A DNA stretch of 63,992 bases, the filler included, from Octopus bimaculoides (lineage: Eukaryota), in the NCBI RefSeq assembly GCF_001194135.2. It is 7 parts of 6 records of this genome, joined end to end, with 100 filler letters (N's around TTAATTAATTAA, not from the genome) between each part and the next. Parts side by side here need not be neighbours in the genome. Positions count along the whole stretch, not along the records: positions 49,491 to 54,930 come from NC_068988.1; positions 55,031 to 59,170 come from NC_068983.1; positions 59,271 to 62,625 come from NC_068991.1; positions 62,726 to 63,992 come from NW_026321612.1; 3 more parts are not named here. The stretch is one strand, 5' to 3'. The notes under the pieces are model-generated. The model was given only the letters and a program-made list of their open reading frames with translations, was not told the DNA's origin and ran no database searches. Position 1 is the stretch's first letter, and each line of letters begins with the position of its first letter. Positions 51,060 to 63,034 of the stretch are shown piece after piece. The position numbers and the translations under genes were made by a program.

Positions 51060-51400
51060 TTCAGAAATCACCAAATGACCAATATCAAGATTGTTGGCGT
51101 TTTTATTGGAGTATCGCCACTATTCCCTGTTTTTAAAGGTGTGAATACATTTTGCTTCTGACATGTCTTTAACCTATCCGTCAGAGCAATCCTTCTTGCG
51201 GATAGTATTGTAAATAGTTCTTGCAACTATATCACGCTTTACGGGTGGCTAATATCTCGTAGACATTTTGAAGCAGTTGCAGATAATACAGGTGATACCT
51301 TCCATACAGGTGTTGCAGAGCTGGCATTTCCTATCACAACGTGGAGGTTTGGTGGTATCTTTGTTTCTCGCTTGTTTATCAGGTATTTAGTAACTATCAC
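51060..51400 (-). mobile_element. R4/Dong-like LINE zinc-knuckle/RLE region remnant
   Basis: KYLINKRE; KCQLCNTCMEGITCIICNCFKMSTRY*PPVKRDIVARTIYN resembles the C..C / RHD.VA motif. Confidence 0.55.
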
Positions 51401-51435
51401 ATATTCGCGGATAGCGAAGGCACATCATTCTAGAT

Positions 51436-51924
51436 CAGTGCTCCGCAACCAGTACGCTGCGGCACACTGGTGTCCCACAAGACCATGCTAGTCATGCCTA
51501 AAAATATTAATAGATATAGAAAATTTAAGATTCAAGAGCAAAATATTTTAATTTACAATTGTTTTAAAATTTTTTTGTTTATTTTTAAGAGAATTAACGA
51601 TTGTATGTGCAAGCCTGAAAACTTCATTTTGAATGAAATGAACACTCAAATTCCCAGTGTATGTTTTATCATATGCAGATATACAAACGTTAATAAATCG
51701 AAACTTTTATTTACGTAGATTACCAAGACATGTTTTGCTTGCAAAAATAATGCATACTTAATAAAAAAAAATACAAAAGCAAAATAAAATATTAAAACCA
51801 TTTCAAGTATATAAATAAAGAACTTACCATCGGTAGTACTTCTTCCTCACTTTTAGTTATATTTTTAGCTCAAGTGTGTCGCCGAATTTTGAAAAGTGAT
51901 AAAAAGTAAGGTTACAGAGCACTA
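51436..51924. mobile_element. hAT/Charlie-type MITE with TIRs and 8-bp TSD
   Basis: Left TIR CAGTGCTCCGCAACC; right GGTTACAGAGCACTA; TSD TTCTAGAT / TTCTAAAT (Charlie-like NTCTAGAN target). Confidence 0.85.
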
Positions 51925-52312
51925 TTCTAAATGGAACGTAACTAATCTATCACAGTTCCACGGGAGGCTACTCTTCTTGTCGCTGAAGTTATCTTCCAGC
52001 TTACGTGCATTGTTTTCTTGATGATGCGATTTTTTGGTAGTTCTGTTGATGTTGGGTCACATGCAACACTTATATTCTCAGAATACCCGCTCAGTTATTC
52101 TTCCCTTATTTGAAGATGTTGTTACTCTTACTTTTGCCAATGCATGTAATATACACATTTATTTCTTGACTGTTCAGTAAGTGTTACCTGAGTGATACAA
52201 TGCTACATTCAAAGCTTATTTGCATTGGCCTCATGCCTTTGCCACCATCTCTTCGTCTCTCATAGACCTTATCAGTGTCGCTGTTGATGTTGCCAGTGGC
52301 GGTCAAATGTAT

Positions 52313-52672
52313 AAACGTGGCTGTGTGGCAAGAAGTTTACTCTCAACCACATGCCACTTGATCCCGTCCCACTGCGTGGCACCTTCAGCAAGTATTTCTA
52401 TTATAGCCTCGGGCCGATAAAAGCCTTGTAAGTGGATTTTACTGACGGAAACTGAAAGAAGACCGCTGTATATATTTATGTGCATGTTTGTGTGTGTGCG
52501 TGTGTGTATGTGTGTGTGTGTGTGCGTAACTTAGTGGTTCGGCAAATGACAACAATAGAATAAGTACCAAACTTTATGAAAAACAAAAGAAGTACTGGGG
52601 TCGATTAGTTCAACTAAAATTCGTAAAGGCGGTACCCCAGCATGGCCGCAGTCTAATGACTGAAACAGGTAA
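52313..52672 (+). mobile_element. SINE family AB, complete copy with internal (TG)n; a further head copy follows at 52678-52840
   Basis: Head, core, microsatellite and tail are colinear with 38826-39236. Confidence 0.85.
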
Positions 52673-53405
52673 TATAAGATGTGTGGCTGTGTGGTAAGAA
52701 GCTCGCTTCCAAACAACATGGTTCCGGGTTCAGTCCCACTGAGTTGCAACTTGGGTAACGGTCTTGTACTATAGCCTCATGCCGAACAAGTCATTGTGAG
52801 GGGATCTGGTAGGCGGAAACTGAAAGAAGCCCACAGTATATATATATACATACATCAAATTAATATTCAATTTTTACCCTTATTATTTAAATTTATATAT
52901 ACATATATATATATATATATAGGGTTTACAGAGTTGCCTCCCTTGAAACAAAGTTTTAAGTATTCTAGTGTAGGGATACATATTGAGTGCCATTATACCA
53001 ATATTACATCATGCCTTTTCTTGTCATGAAAAATAGAAGAATCAAAATAAGCGTATATGTAGGCTGATGTAATAAATATTAATCATTTTCATATAAATAT
53101 TTATTCACGGAAATATTTTATACACTATATATAAACATTAGCTGAATATCAAGGGAGGAAATTATTACAGGAGTTATCTCCCTTAGATTATGTATTTGTA
53201 TTTTATATTAGCTAAATTTAACTGGTGTATTAGATAAGTCTAAATAGATTGAGGAAGTCTTTACATTTACTGGCATAACTTATCATTTGCTTGTTGAATT
53301 GCAGAACTTTTATCAGTGTAACAAGTAACTTCAAGGTGAATTGAGTATCGATTAACGGTTAAAATTAATTCAATACACAAACCCATTTATTTGTGTGTGT
53401 GTGTG

Positions 53406-53439
<34 letters not shown>

Positions 53440-53475
<36 letters not shown>

Positions 53476-53680
53476 TCTTTTTGTCTCCCACCATCGTTTG
53501 ACACCGGTTTTGGTTTGTCTACGTCGCTGTAACATTGCGGTCGGTTCGGCAAAAAGAAGGAGACGAATAGAACAAGTATCAGGCTTAATAATAAATGCTG
53601 GAGTCGATTTGTTCGACTAAAACCACCATTGAGCTGCTCGAGTACGACCCCAGTCCAATGACTGAAACAAATAAACAATA
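53440..53680 (+). mobile_element. SINE family AB, 3' half after a long (TG)n
   Basis: TTTGTCTCCCACCATCG...CAGTCCAATGACTGAAACAAATAAA. Confidence 0.75.
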
Positions 53681-53884
53681 AATAAATATTCATTTTTATT
53701 TTCCGGCAAATACGAGAAGCAGCTTCCCACACATATTGTCCTTATCTTTGATGCAATGGTCTACCATAAACTTCAATGTATTTGCTTCAATCGTAATAAG
53801 ATTGTCGCTTAGTAAGACTACAAGACTACAAGACTACAATGGTTGACAAGGGTAAATGGAATGGATGAGGGAATAAATAGCGTG

Positions 53885-54360
53885 AGAATTGGTACTTATG
53901 TTATCGACCCCGAAAGGATGAAAGTTAAAAGTCAACCTCAGCAGAATTTGAACTCAGAATGTAAAGATGGGTGGAATACCGCGAAGCATTTAACCTAGCG
54001 TGCTAACTATTCTGTTAGCACGCCTCCTTAAATTGCAATACAATTCTATGATATTTTATGTCAGGGGTTCAATGCTTTATGCTTTGCGAAAAATATGCTC
54101 GGCCAATGTAGGCAATTTTTTTTCCAGTAAAAGCCGATTTCATCTATATCTAATATCTGTTTACAATCTGAAGCTGTGAGTTGGCAGAATCATTAATCTG
54201 CAGAGCAAAATGCCTACCAGTTTTTCGTCCGACATGAGTATAAATTTTACCGAACTTGACTTTGCCTTTCGTTTTATCGGGGCCCATAAAATAACTACTA
54301 TTTGAACACTGAATTCGGCTTACCATACCCCAAAATTACTTGCCCTGTGCCAAAATTTGA
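53885..54360. mobile_element. Two SINE family C copies head-to-head (53885-54030 minus; 54170-54360 plus)
   Basis: Both match the family C consensus in opposite orientations. Confidence 0.7.
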
Positions 54361-55136
54361 AACCGATAACTGTGTATAATAGTTTTCATTAATCATTTTT
54401 CTATTTTTTAATCTTTATTTTTCAATTGTTCTGGAAACCTCGAAGTAGCTTCTCTTGTTTTAACATTTTTTAAAAGTTTGCATACTAAACTTACGCTTGC
54501 TGCAAATATTGTATTAATTTCTCTAAATATAATTTTATTCCGGCTGCAAAGCTGGGCAAAAGCATTATGTATATTATCGGTGCCAATTGAGACCAGTTTC
54601 TGATTGCAATCTTCCAGCTATGTTGCTAAAAGATCTTCCATCTCTTTAATGACAGAATTTCAATTGCATGGTCGAAAATACAGACAATGCCTATCTGTTT
54701 CAAAGTACTCGTAATGTAGATTCGTTGATTACCACCACTCACCCACTCTCTTTTGCTATATTTCCCCTCCGTTTGGATTTTTAATAATTTCATGCTTAAT
54801 ATCTAGATTAAGAATATTTTCTTTCATTCTCTGGTTTTTAATTCCCCCAGCCCTTTGATTTTCTGCAGTTGAATTATCATTTTAATTTTTGGTACGGTTG
54901 AATGTCTTAAGATATAAAAATATACGTAAANNNNNNNNNNNNNNNNNNNNNNNNNNNNNNNNNNNNNNNNNNNNTTAATTAATTAANNNNNNNNNNNNNN
55001 NNNNNNNNNNNNNNNNNNNNNNNNNNNNNNCAAAATTAAAAGAAGAGTGCCATTTGCTGTCTTGTGAACAATATTCCGACATCTTGCGTGTCTTCCACTG
55101 GTTCAAATAATAAATTTGTCAATCTACTTCATTTGG

Positions 55137-55195
55137 TTAATATAGAAAGGATTGAGGTAACTCCTCCTGAAGATACCTCAATCCTTTCTATATTA

Positions 55196-55196
<1 letters not shown>
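55137..55196. other. Perfect 23-bp inverted repeat with 14-nt loop (60-nt hairpin)
   Basis: TTAATATAGAAAGGATTGAGGTA / TACCTCAATCCTTTCTATATTAA. Confidence 0.9.
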
Positions 55197-55233
<37 letters not shown>

Positions 55234-55237
55234 CAGA

Positions 55238-55469
55238 ATGAGATAAAAAAAAAACCTAAGGCTGTGAATAGTTTACAGAACATTTATAAAGAGAAGTTCT
55301 TACAGCTGTTTCCGGGGTATTTTATATATCCTTTCATCATTCATCAGAGAAAATGTTTACTCGCACCGTCTCTGATGAAGGGACACATAAAATATCGTGA
55401 AAACAGCTGTAAGACCCTTTCTTTATAAATGTTCTGAAAACTATTCGCAACCTTGGATTTTTATCTCAT
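55238..55469. mobile_element. Palindromic double-hammerhead element, family H3
   Basis: Arms 55238-55350 and 55369-55469 are reverse complements; each carries CTGATGA-A-...-GAAACAGCTGT-A-AGA reading outward; stem II is degenerate in both. Confidence 0.8.
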
Positions 55470-55649
55470 CCTTTTAATTATTATATATGTGCATACCAAC
55501 ACACGACCCACATTGGATTCGTCATTCGTATCATTATCGAACCTGGAGCTTAACTATGGTCTGTCTATAGCACTTAGTCAGCGTTGCCTGACAACTTTGG
55601 GTCTTCTTGACTCCAATACTTCTCATGCCCTATCTATTTATCTATATAT

Positions 55650-55811
55650 ATGTACATTATTTACATTATTTACATTTGATGGATATTTGTCATCATCTTG
55701 TTAATACAGCGTTTCGGCTAATATACCCTCCAGCCTTCAAATGTCTTGGGAAAATTTCGAACCTGGATTCCCATTCCTCAGGTATTTTTTCGATGTTATT
55801 ATTATTATTAT

Positions 55812-55891
<80 letters not shown>

Positions 55892-56154
55892 TTCAGGTCA
55901 CTGCCTGGAATCGAACTCGAGATCTTGGGGTTAGTAGCCCTCGTTCTTAATCACTGTGCCATTATAATAATAACATCGGTAGAATACCTTAGGAATGAGA
56001 ACCTAGGTTCGAAATTTCCCCCAAGACACCTGATGAAGGATGGAGGGTATATCAGCCGAAACGTTTTGTTAACAACAAAGAAGAAGAGGATAAATATCTA
56101 TCAAATGTAAATAATGCAAACAATATACATAATTTGTCATCTCTTGAATATAGA
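55650..56154. mobile_element. Family H1 palindrome, copy lacking the right tRNA head
   Basis: Left arm complete (HHR core partly deleted, microsatellite expanded to (TAG)n); right arm from (AAT)n onward with HHR at 56023-56070. Confidence 0.88.
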
Positions 56155-56252
56155 NNNNNNNNNNNNNNNNNNNNNNNNNNNNNNNNNNNNNNNNNNNNNN
56201 NNNNNNNNNNNNNNNNNNNNNNNNNNNNNNNNNNNNNNNNNNNNNNNNNNNN

Positions 56253-56286
<34 letters not shown>

Positions 56287-57511
56287 TATGAGTTAGGATT
56301 TACGCAACAGTCTAAGGGATAAATATATCCGTAGGCACTACTGGTGTATTACCTCACTATTTATAGGCTTTGCTGTAAGGTTAACAGTAGTAGGTAATTT
56401 AAATGGTAACGCGTGGTTTAACATATTCCGATAAGAAAAGAAATGAAGCAACAATTAACAATTAGAAGTTGGTCATTGGTACTACATGAACAATTTAGCC
56501 TATTCTAACCAAAGTTGATTGGTTTTTTAATGATATTAACGAGTAGATAGCCCCCGCCGCACATAACAACATTTTTTATTTATTTATCACTTTATTATAC
56601 CTTTTTCCGTAACCCAAATTTATACCGTATATCGCATTTAAACTTTTAAGAGCATCCTTAATTTTTAACAAGGGCATTATTTGTAATCATGGAGACTTAT
56701 CTCACGGATTCAAACAGCGTTGTTTATTACAATTAACGATATCGAGTATTACTACCAGGTATAACTCTTTCGATTAACCCCAGAGGTCAACTCATCATAT
56801 TCGCCACTTACTGCTCCATTCATCTAATTGAAGAAATGTACACACACGTGCAACAATTAAAGGACACAAAAATGTAAGCCTAAAGACTTAACAACTTTTT
56901 CCTATTTTTCTTTTTTTCATTTCCTTTTTCCTTTTTTTCCTGTCTACATTCTTCGATAAAATGTAAATCATTGTGGCGATGTTTGTTACATGGACCGAGA
57001 TAAATGCAAATTTACCTCAAAAATAACAAACTGAAACAGCTGTAAATGTTATTTTAACTACATTTCAACTATGACCATTTCATAACAATGATCAACTTCT
57101 AATTGTTAATGTTGCTCCGTTTCTTTTCTTATCTGTATGTACATTGAGGCGGTGCTCCAGCATGGCCGCAGTCAAATGAATGAAGCAAGTAAACGAATAA
57201 AGAAATAAAGGAATGTATATATATGTATGTATCTATGTATGTATATATTGCCCAATGTAATTAGTTCAAGAAATTTGAAAAGAATACATTATATGGATAT
57301 ATTTAGAATATTATCTGTATAATTATATGTGCATATATACACATACATGCGCGCGCGCGCGTGTATATATAAACACATACACACATATATATATATGCTT
57401 TCGGTGCGAATAGTTTTGTTATACGGTGCCGTGTATAATAATATTTATATAAGCTTAAAGCTTATGGCGATCACCGAGCAATGACTAATAAAGGGGCATA
57501 GAAGCGCTCGG

Positions 57512-57636
57512 TTTGCCTATCAGCGTGAGACTTGAACCCACATCTCTTTGTTAACGCGTCTAAGTGTGTTATATTTAACACAGTCGCATTAACAAAGCCA
57601 CGTGGGTTCTAGTCCCACGTGGATGCGAAAGGCATT
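57512..57636. repeat. Head-to-head palindrome of tRNA-like (B-box) fragments
   Basis: CGTGAGACTTGAACCCACATCTCTTTGTTAACGCGTC pairs with GTCGCATTAACAAAGCCACGTGGGTTCTAGTCCCACG around a GTGTTA-TATT-TAACAC centre. Confidence 0.75.
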
Positions 57637-57639
57637 TTC

Positions 57640-57703
<64 letters not shown>

Positions 57704-57712
57704 GTATGTATA

Positions 57713-57748
<36 letters not shown>

Positions 57749-57789
57749 TATATATATATATATGTATGTATATACAAGTTTGGGAAGGG

Positions 57790-57945
57790 TGTATTCTACC
57801 ATGAGAATATTGCCTTCAAACTTTGGCCCATGCCCAGCAATTTGGGAGCTGAAAGTCAAATCGATTACATCGGACCGAATACTCAACTGGTACTTACTTC
57901 ATCGACCCTGAAAAGGCAAAGTCGACCTCAACGGAATTCGAAATT
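57790..57945 (-). mobile_element. SINE family C, 3' half
   Basis: TCGATTACATCGGACC...TCGACCCTGAAAAGGCAAAGTCGACCTC. Confidence 0.7.
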
Positions 57946-58689
57946 TCATCATGACAATGATGGTGTGTAGTCTAAGACAGAAGTTTAATGTTACTTGATA
58001 CTTTTGTCAGCAGACGTACAGAAAGAGATTCGTAAATATGAATTGCCGCTTATTATATTATATGACAGAAACCGCTGAAATAGAGTCTATTTATAATTCA
58101 ATATTCGGTACATTTATCATCTACACATACTGTTCTCCTTTTCTTTCGCCAATTTTTATTTTAGAAATGTTGCTTTGATTTACCTGATGCGCCATATCTC
58201 AGTCATTTGCATCCATTTGCATGCGTTTCATCGTACAATTACAGAATAGTCTATTCATAGAGTAATTTATAAGATCTTTGTGAGTGTAACAAGGTCGTAG
58301 GATATAATCCCTTGATATAGAGTGTCAGTGACTTGACGTTCGTGATTTGGTTCTTTTGTACTGTTATTGATATTGTTGTTCAGCGATAGGTCAGACTTGA
58401 TCAAGCTGATCAATGATCAAAGGCTTTAATATATGGAATTTTCATTATATTTTAAGATAAAGTATCCCGAGGACTTCATTATCCAATGTTTGCGTTTAAA
58501 GATAGCTGAAGGAGATTTAGTTGCTTCTAGTAGACATAGTCAGCGTTGCTTGGGATTTAAATAACGTAGTTTTCAGATATGGTACAGTTAAGTTGATACG
58601 GGGAAATGCAGCATTGACGACAAAACATTTCTGGAGTATATGAATTGATAATTCGACTAAGTGACATGTCATGCGTCTGTTTGGAAGAT

Positions 58690-59130
58690 TCCAGGCCCTA
58701 ACCTTGTCATGGTGGGGTATGTGATTTTTGAATGTACCAAAAAGCTCTCGGTGGATATACTCTTCTTTGCGGCTGTCGGCGCTGCCACTACTTGGCTGAA
58801 CAATCAGAAGACATAGGAATTACATCTATGTAATAGATTAAGCCTGAGGGTGTGCTCAACAGCACCACATGAGAGAAATCTGCATGAAAGAAATGACGTG
58901 GTAATTGGAGTGGGGACTGGCAAGCATGCGCTTGAAAACAACACTGTCATGCGATATTTCGGTTTGGAATCAATAGTCGTAGCTCAACCGTGCCCCCCTT
59001 TGCGTATACAGCGTACGAGCATTGTGAAGACAACTAAGCTTTCAAACGAAAACAATTCCGCATGCAGCATCCGCGCACGCAAGGTCACATTAAGGATATG
59101 GTCTCTAACAAACATGGTTGGGTCTTAGGC
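58690..59130 (+). mobile_element. Possible RTE-like LINE 5' remnant
   Basis: CCTTGTCATGGTGGGG 5'UTR-like start; ORF ending RKVTLRIWSLTNMVGS resembles the APE start LRIGTLNV. Confidence 0.4.
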
Positions 59131-60049
59131 ACCATAAATTAGTAGGTTAATGTACATGCGATATTTCGGCNNNNNNNNNNNNNNNNNNNNNNNNNNNNNN
59201 NNNNNNNNNNNNNNTTAATTAATTAANNNNNNNNNNNNNNNNNNNNNNNNNNNNNNNNNNNNNNNNNNNNTTTATTTCTCAGTCTAATCCTGACTTTTTC
59301 ACCGTGTCAACTCTGGTCTGAAATTATTCAGAGCTATTTATTAGAGACAACTGTAAACATTGATGGATAGCTTCAATTATACAACGTGCCGCTAGATGTC
59401 GTTGTTAATATGCACATTATCAGTAATCCTAATGTAGTTTCATGTTCCATTTTCCTTTTATTTTCTTTAATTTTTTTTTTACCCTGCTTTCTCTACATTC
59501 GTTTTTTTTTTCATTTAGTCTATTATTATTTTCATTATTATTTTTATTATTATTATTGTTTTTTGTTTTTAAAGTAGACCTTCAGTTGATGGATACGTTT
59601 AATCTTTTATTCCAGCCTCTTTTACTCTCCTTTGGGTTGCAGAGTGCCACAACTGTTTCAATGACAAAAACTGATGCTTTGTTTGTCAGCATTTCGGTCA
59701 CAATTCTGAGCTCCGTTTCTTTTATTTTGTTGGGGTTTTTTTGTGATTTTTAATGCATTTTATTTATTCATTCCTTATTTCCTCTTTTTTTCTTTGCCAC
59801 TACTCACACAAGTTTTCCTTTTTTTTTTGCATCTATTCGTGCACAATTTTGCTGTTTGTTGTATATAGTCCTAGGTTAGTATTTATCGAGTCAACTCACG
59901 AACAATGACATTCCAGCGTTGACCATCTCGCCATTTTTTCCAACGCCAAGGAAACCGAAAGCTACATTATCCAATGAGACGACAGGCTGTGAATTAAGAG
60001 AGATTTGGTCGCTAGTTCTCTCTGTTTAAACAACTGCATAGTCTCTTTC

Positions 60050-60620
60050 TGCAAATGATGTTTGTAGTAGTGATGCTGGATGTGATGCTGGGAGTGCTAT
60101 AAGACCTCTAATTGTAGTGTGCTTTGTCGTTGTTGCTAGTTTCTGTACTGTTGCTATTGGCTGTGTTGCTAACTTTTTTTGTTCTTTTTATATTGCTGTT
60201 GCTATCGGTGTTGTTGCTGTTGTTGTTAATATTGATGTCGGCGCTTTTGCAGTTTTGTTGCTAATGTTGTAAAGTGTTATTGTTGCAATTGTACCAGGCA
60301 TATCTATTATTGTTGTGGTTGATGTTATTGTCGATACTGCTGTATGCGTTGCTAACGCTGTTGCCACCGTTGTTTCTCTTGTTCTTGTTGTTGGTGGTGG
60401 CGTCGTTGTTGGTATTGTTGATGTTTCAACTGGTATTATCCTTTGCGTTGTGTTATAGCTGCATCTGTTGCTAATGCTGCGGTACTTATTCTATATGTTT
60501 TCCTTTTTATGCTATTCTGTTGCTATTATATTTGTTGGTGTTTTTGTTACTGTTTTATTGGTCTTGTTATTCATAACGTGGTTGCTTCTGTCTGCTATTG
60601 TTGTGGCTGTTGTTAATATT
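60050..60620. repeat. Degenerate (GTT/GCT/GAT) trinucleotide tract (similar tracts at 23230-23660, 27370-27660, 61620-61800)
   Basis: Seen directly. Confidence 0.85.
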
Positions 60621-60624
60621 ATTC

Positions 60625-60925
60625 ATAAGGGCGGTGAGTTGGCAGAAACGTTAGCACGCCGGGTGAAATGCTTAGCGGTATTTCGTCTGCCGCTACGTTC
60701 TGAGCTATGTAACGCGGACGTGAACAAACCAACAACGGTCGTGAAGCAAACACAAAGACACACACTCGTACGCAATTATGTACATGTTCACGACGAACTT
60801 CTTTTCAGTTACACTCTAGATTCACTCTCAAGCTGTTGCTCGGTTCGAAGCTATAGCAAAGACACTTGCTCAAAGTGTCACGCAGTGGGACTGAACCCGG
60901 AAAAATACGATTGGGAAGCAGACCT
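60625..60925. mobile_element. SINE C head (60625-60705, +) and SINE AB head/core (60810-60925, -)
   Basis: AAGGGCGGTGAGTTGGCAGAAACGTTAGCACGCCGGG; CACGCAGTGGGACTGAACCCGG. Confidence 0.75.
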
Positions 60926-62239
60926 CTTATCTCAGAGACACACCTGCTTGTCCAATCAATTTCTTTTTCCATTTAAAATGGTAGGTTTTGATTTGAGGGT
61001 GATTCGGCTGATATTTTTAGCAGCTAATGTGCATATATGCGGGTGATATTCTGTTGTGCATTTTTACAAGGTGGATAGACGTTATCTAAGGTGATGATGG
61101 TTGTAATGGAGTTGGTTGTAGTGGAAATAGGGTGGTNNNNNNNNNNNNNNNNNNNNNNNNNNNNNNNNNNNNNNNNNNNNNNNNNNNNNNNNNNNNNNNN
61201 NNNNNNNNNNNNNNNNNNNNNNNNNNNNNNNNNNNNNNNNNNNNNNNNNNNNNNNNNNNNNNNNNNNNNNNNNNNNNNNNNNNNNNNNNNNNNNNNNNNN
61301 NNNNNNNNNNNNNNNNNNNNNNNNNNNNNNNNNNNNNNNNNNNNNNNNNNNNNNNNNNNNNNNNNNNNNNNNNNNNNNNNNNNNNNNNNNNNNNNNNNNN
61401 NNNACACACCTGCTTGTCCAATCAATTTCTTTTTCCATTTAAAATGGTAGGTTTTGATTTGAGGGTGATTCGGCTGATATTTTTAGCAGCTAATGTGCAT
61501 ATATGCGGGTGATATTCTGTTGTGCATTTTTACAAGGTGGATAGACGTTATCTGTGGCTGTGGGGGCTTCTAAGGTGATGATGGTTGTAATGGAGTTGGT
61601 TGTAGTGGAAATAGGGTGGTGTTGGTGCTGATAATGTTGGTGATAACGGTTGTGGTGGTGGTAGTGATGATGATGGTGGGCGTTGTAGTGATGGGAACAG
61701 CGGTGGCGGATGTGGTGGTAGTGGTGGTGATAGTGGTGGTGGTGGTCATGCTGAGATGAGGATAACGGTTGATGTAGTATTAGTTGACGCAGTAGTAGGT
61801 ATGGCAGTATGAGATTCTGGAAGATCTATAGCAGTGTGAGGTAACTGCGATTGAGGCGCTGCTATTGGTTACATAGTGATATTGTGCTCCCCTTACTNNN
61901 NNNNNNNNNNNNNNNNNNNNNNNNNNNNNNNNNNNNNNNNNNNNNNNNNNNNNNNNNNNNNNNNNNNNNNNNNNNNNNNNNNNNNNNNNNNNNNNNNATC
62001 ACAACCATATGTGAGCAACATGGTGATCTCATATCAAGATAAACAGCGCATGACCTCGCAGGAGAAGCCCAGTTAGAACTTTCTTCAGGTCGAGTAGCCC
62101 ATCCCGCTCAAATGGTCCCTGAATAAGAACTGTTTATTATTGATTTTTCCTCCTCTTCTTCTGGACTCGTATACTATGTATACTTTCCTTTTTCTAATTT
62201 ATTCCGTATATACTGCTTCCTTTTTCTTCTTTTTTTTTT

Positions 62240-62335
62240 GTTTCGTTTTATCATTCCATCATATGCTAACCTCCGCACTTTATGTCAGTCTTTGTATTGT
62301 CCAATCATCTTGCACCTTGGTGGCAAATAAAAGAA

Positions 62336-62336
<1 letters not shown>
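62240..62336 (+). mobile_element. LINE-like 3' tail ending AATAAAAGAA + (ATT)n
   Basis: ...CATCTTGCACCTTGGTGGCAAATAAAAGAAATTATTATT. Confidence 0.5.
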
Positions 62337-62398
<62 letters not shown>

Positions 62399-62401
<3 letters not shown>

Positions 62402-62625
62402 TAGTTTTATTTTTATAACGTACTTTCACTTCACTACCGAGCGCAGCTCTGTGCGCCTTGGGTATGTGCTGTGGTTTGCTGTGGTGCTCTTATGTTTACT
62501 GTATTGAAAGTGTTTTGCGTAGAATGTGTGCAGTACCCAGTAGTGCAATTTTCTGTATGTTATATATATTTGTAAGTCCTGGTGTTTTTGTTATGTATTT
62601 GTCTGAATATTTTTTTATTATACCT
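62399..62625 (-). mobile_element. R4/Dong-like LINE 3' end (ORF C-terminus + 3'UTR) abutting (TAA)n
   Basis: Minus strand GIIKKYSDKYITKTPGLTNIYNIQKIALLGTAHILRKTLSIQ*, the characteristic QK..LLGTA.ILRK.L end of RLE ORFs, followed by (AAT)n at 62337-62398. Confidence 0.75.
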
Positions 62626-62963
62626 NNNNNNNNNNNNNNNNNNNNNNNNNNNNNNNNNNNNNNNNNNNNTTAATTAATTAANNNNNNNNNNNNNNNNNNN
62701 NNNNNNNNNNNNNNNNNNNNNNNNNCCCTCTATTTCAATACTATCAATCTCAGAAGACGGAGAATTTAAGTTGAGAAATTAAGTTGAGAAGGAAGAAATT
62801 AACAATAAAAAGAAACAGTATTCGTTTTTGAATCTTCACTCGTTTATGATTTAGTAGTAGTAGTAGTAGTAGTAGTAGTACTTTTCAGTCTTATCGATTC
62901 GTAATGCACCGTACTGCTTATTGTATCATTAGTAACTTAGTCGCTTGCTTTGCCTTTACGATA

Positions 62964-63034
<71 letters not shown>

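Noticed and set aside
55153-55175. TGAGGTA as let-7, and CTGAAGA in the hairpin loop as an HHR
   Set aside because: The sequence diverges from let-7 immediately after the 7-mer, and no stem I can form for a permuted hammerhead.
60938-61620. ~200-bp direct duplication across a gap (60938-61136 / 61404-61620) differing by an 18-bp indel
   Set aside because: Identical sequence on both sides of a gap with one indel is most simply two haplotypes assembled in tandem.
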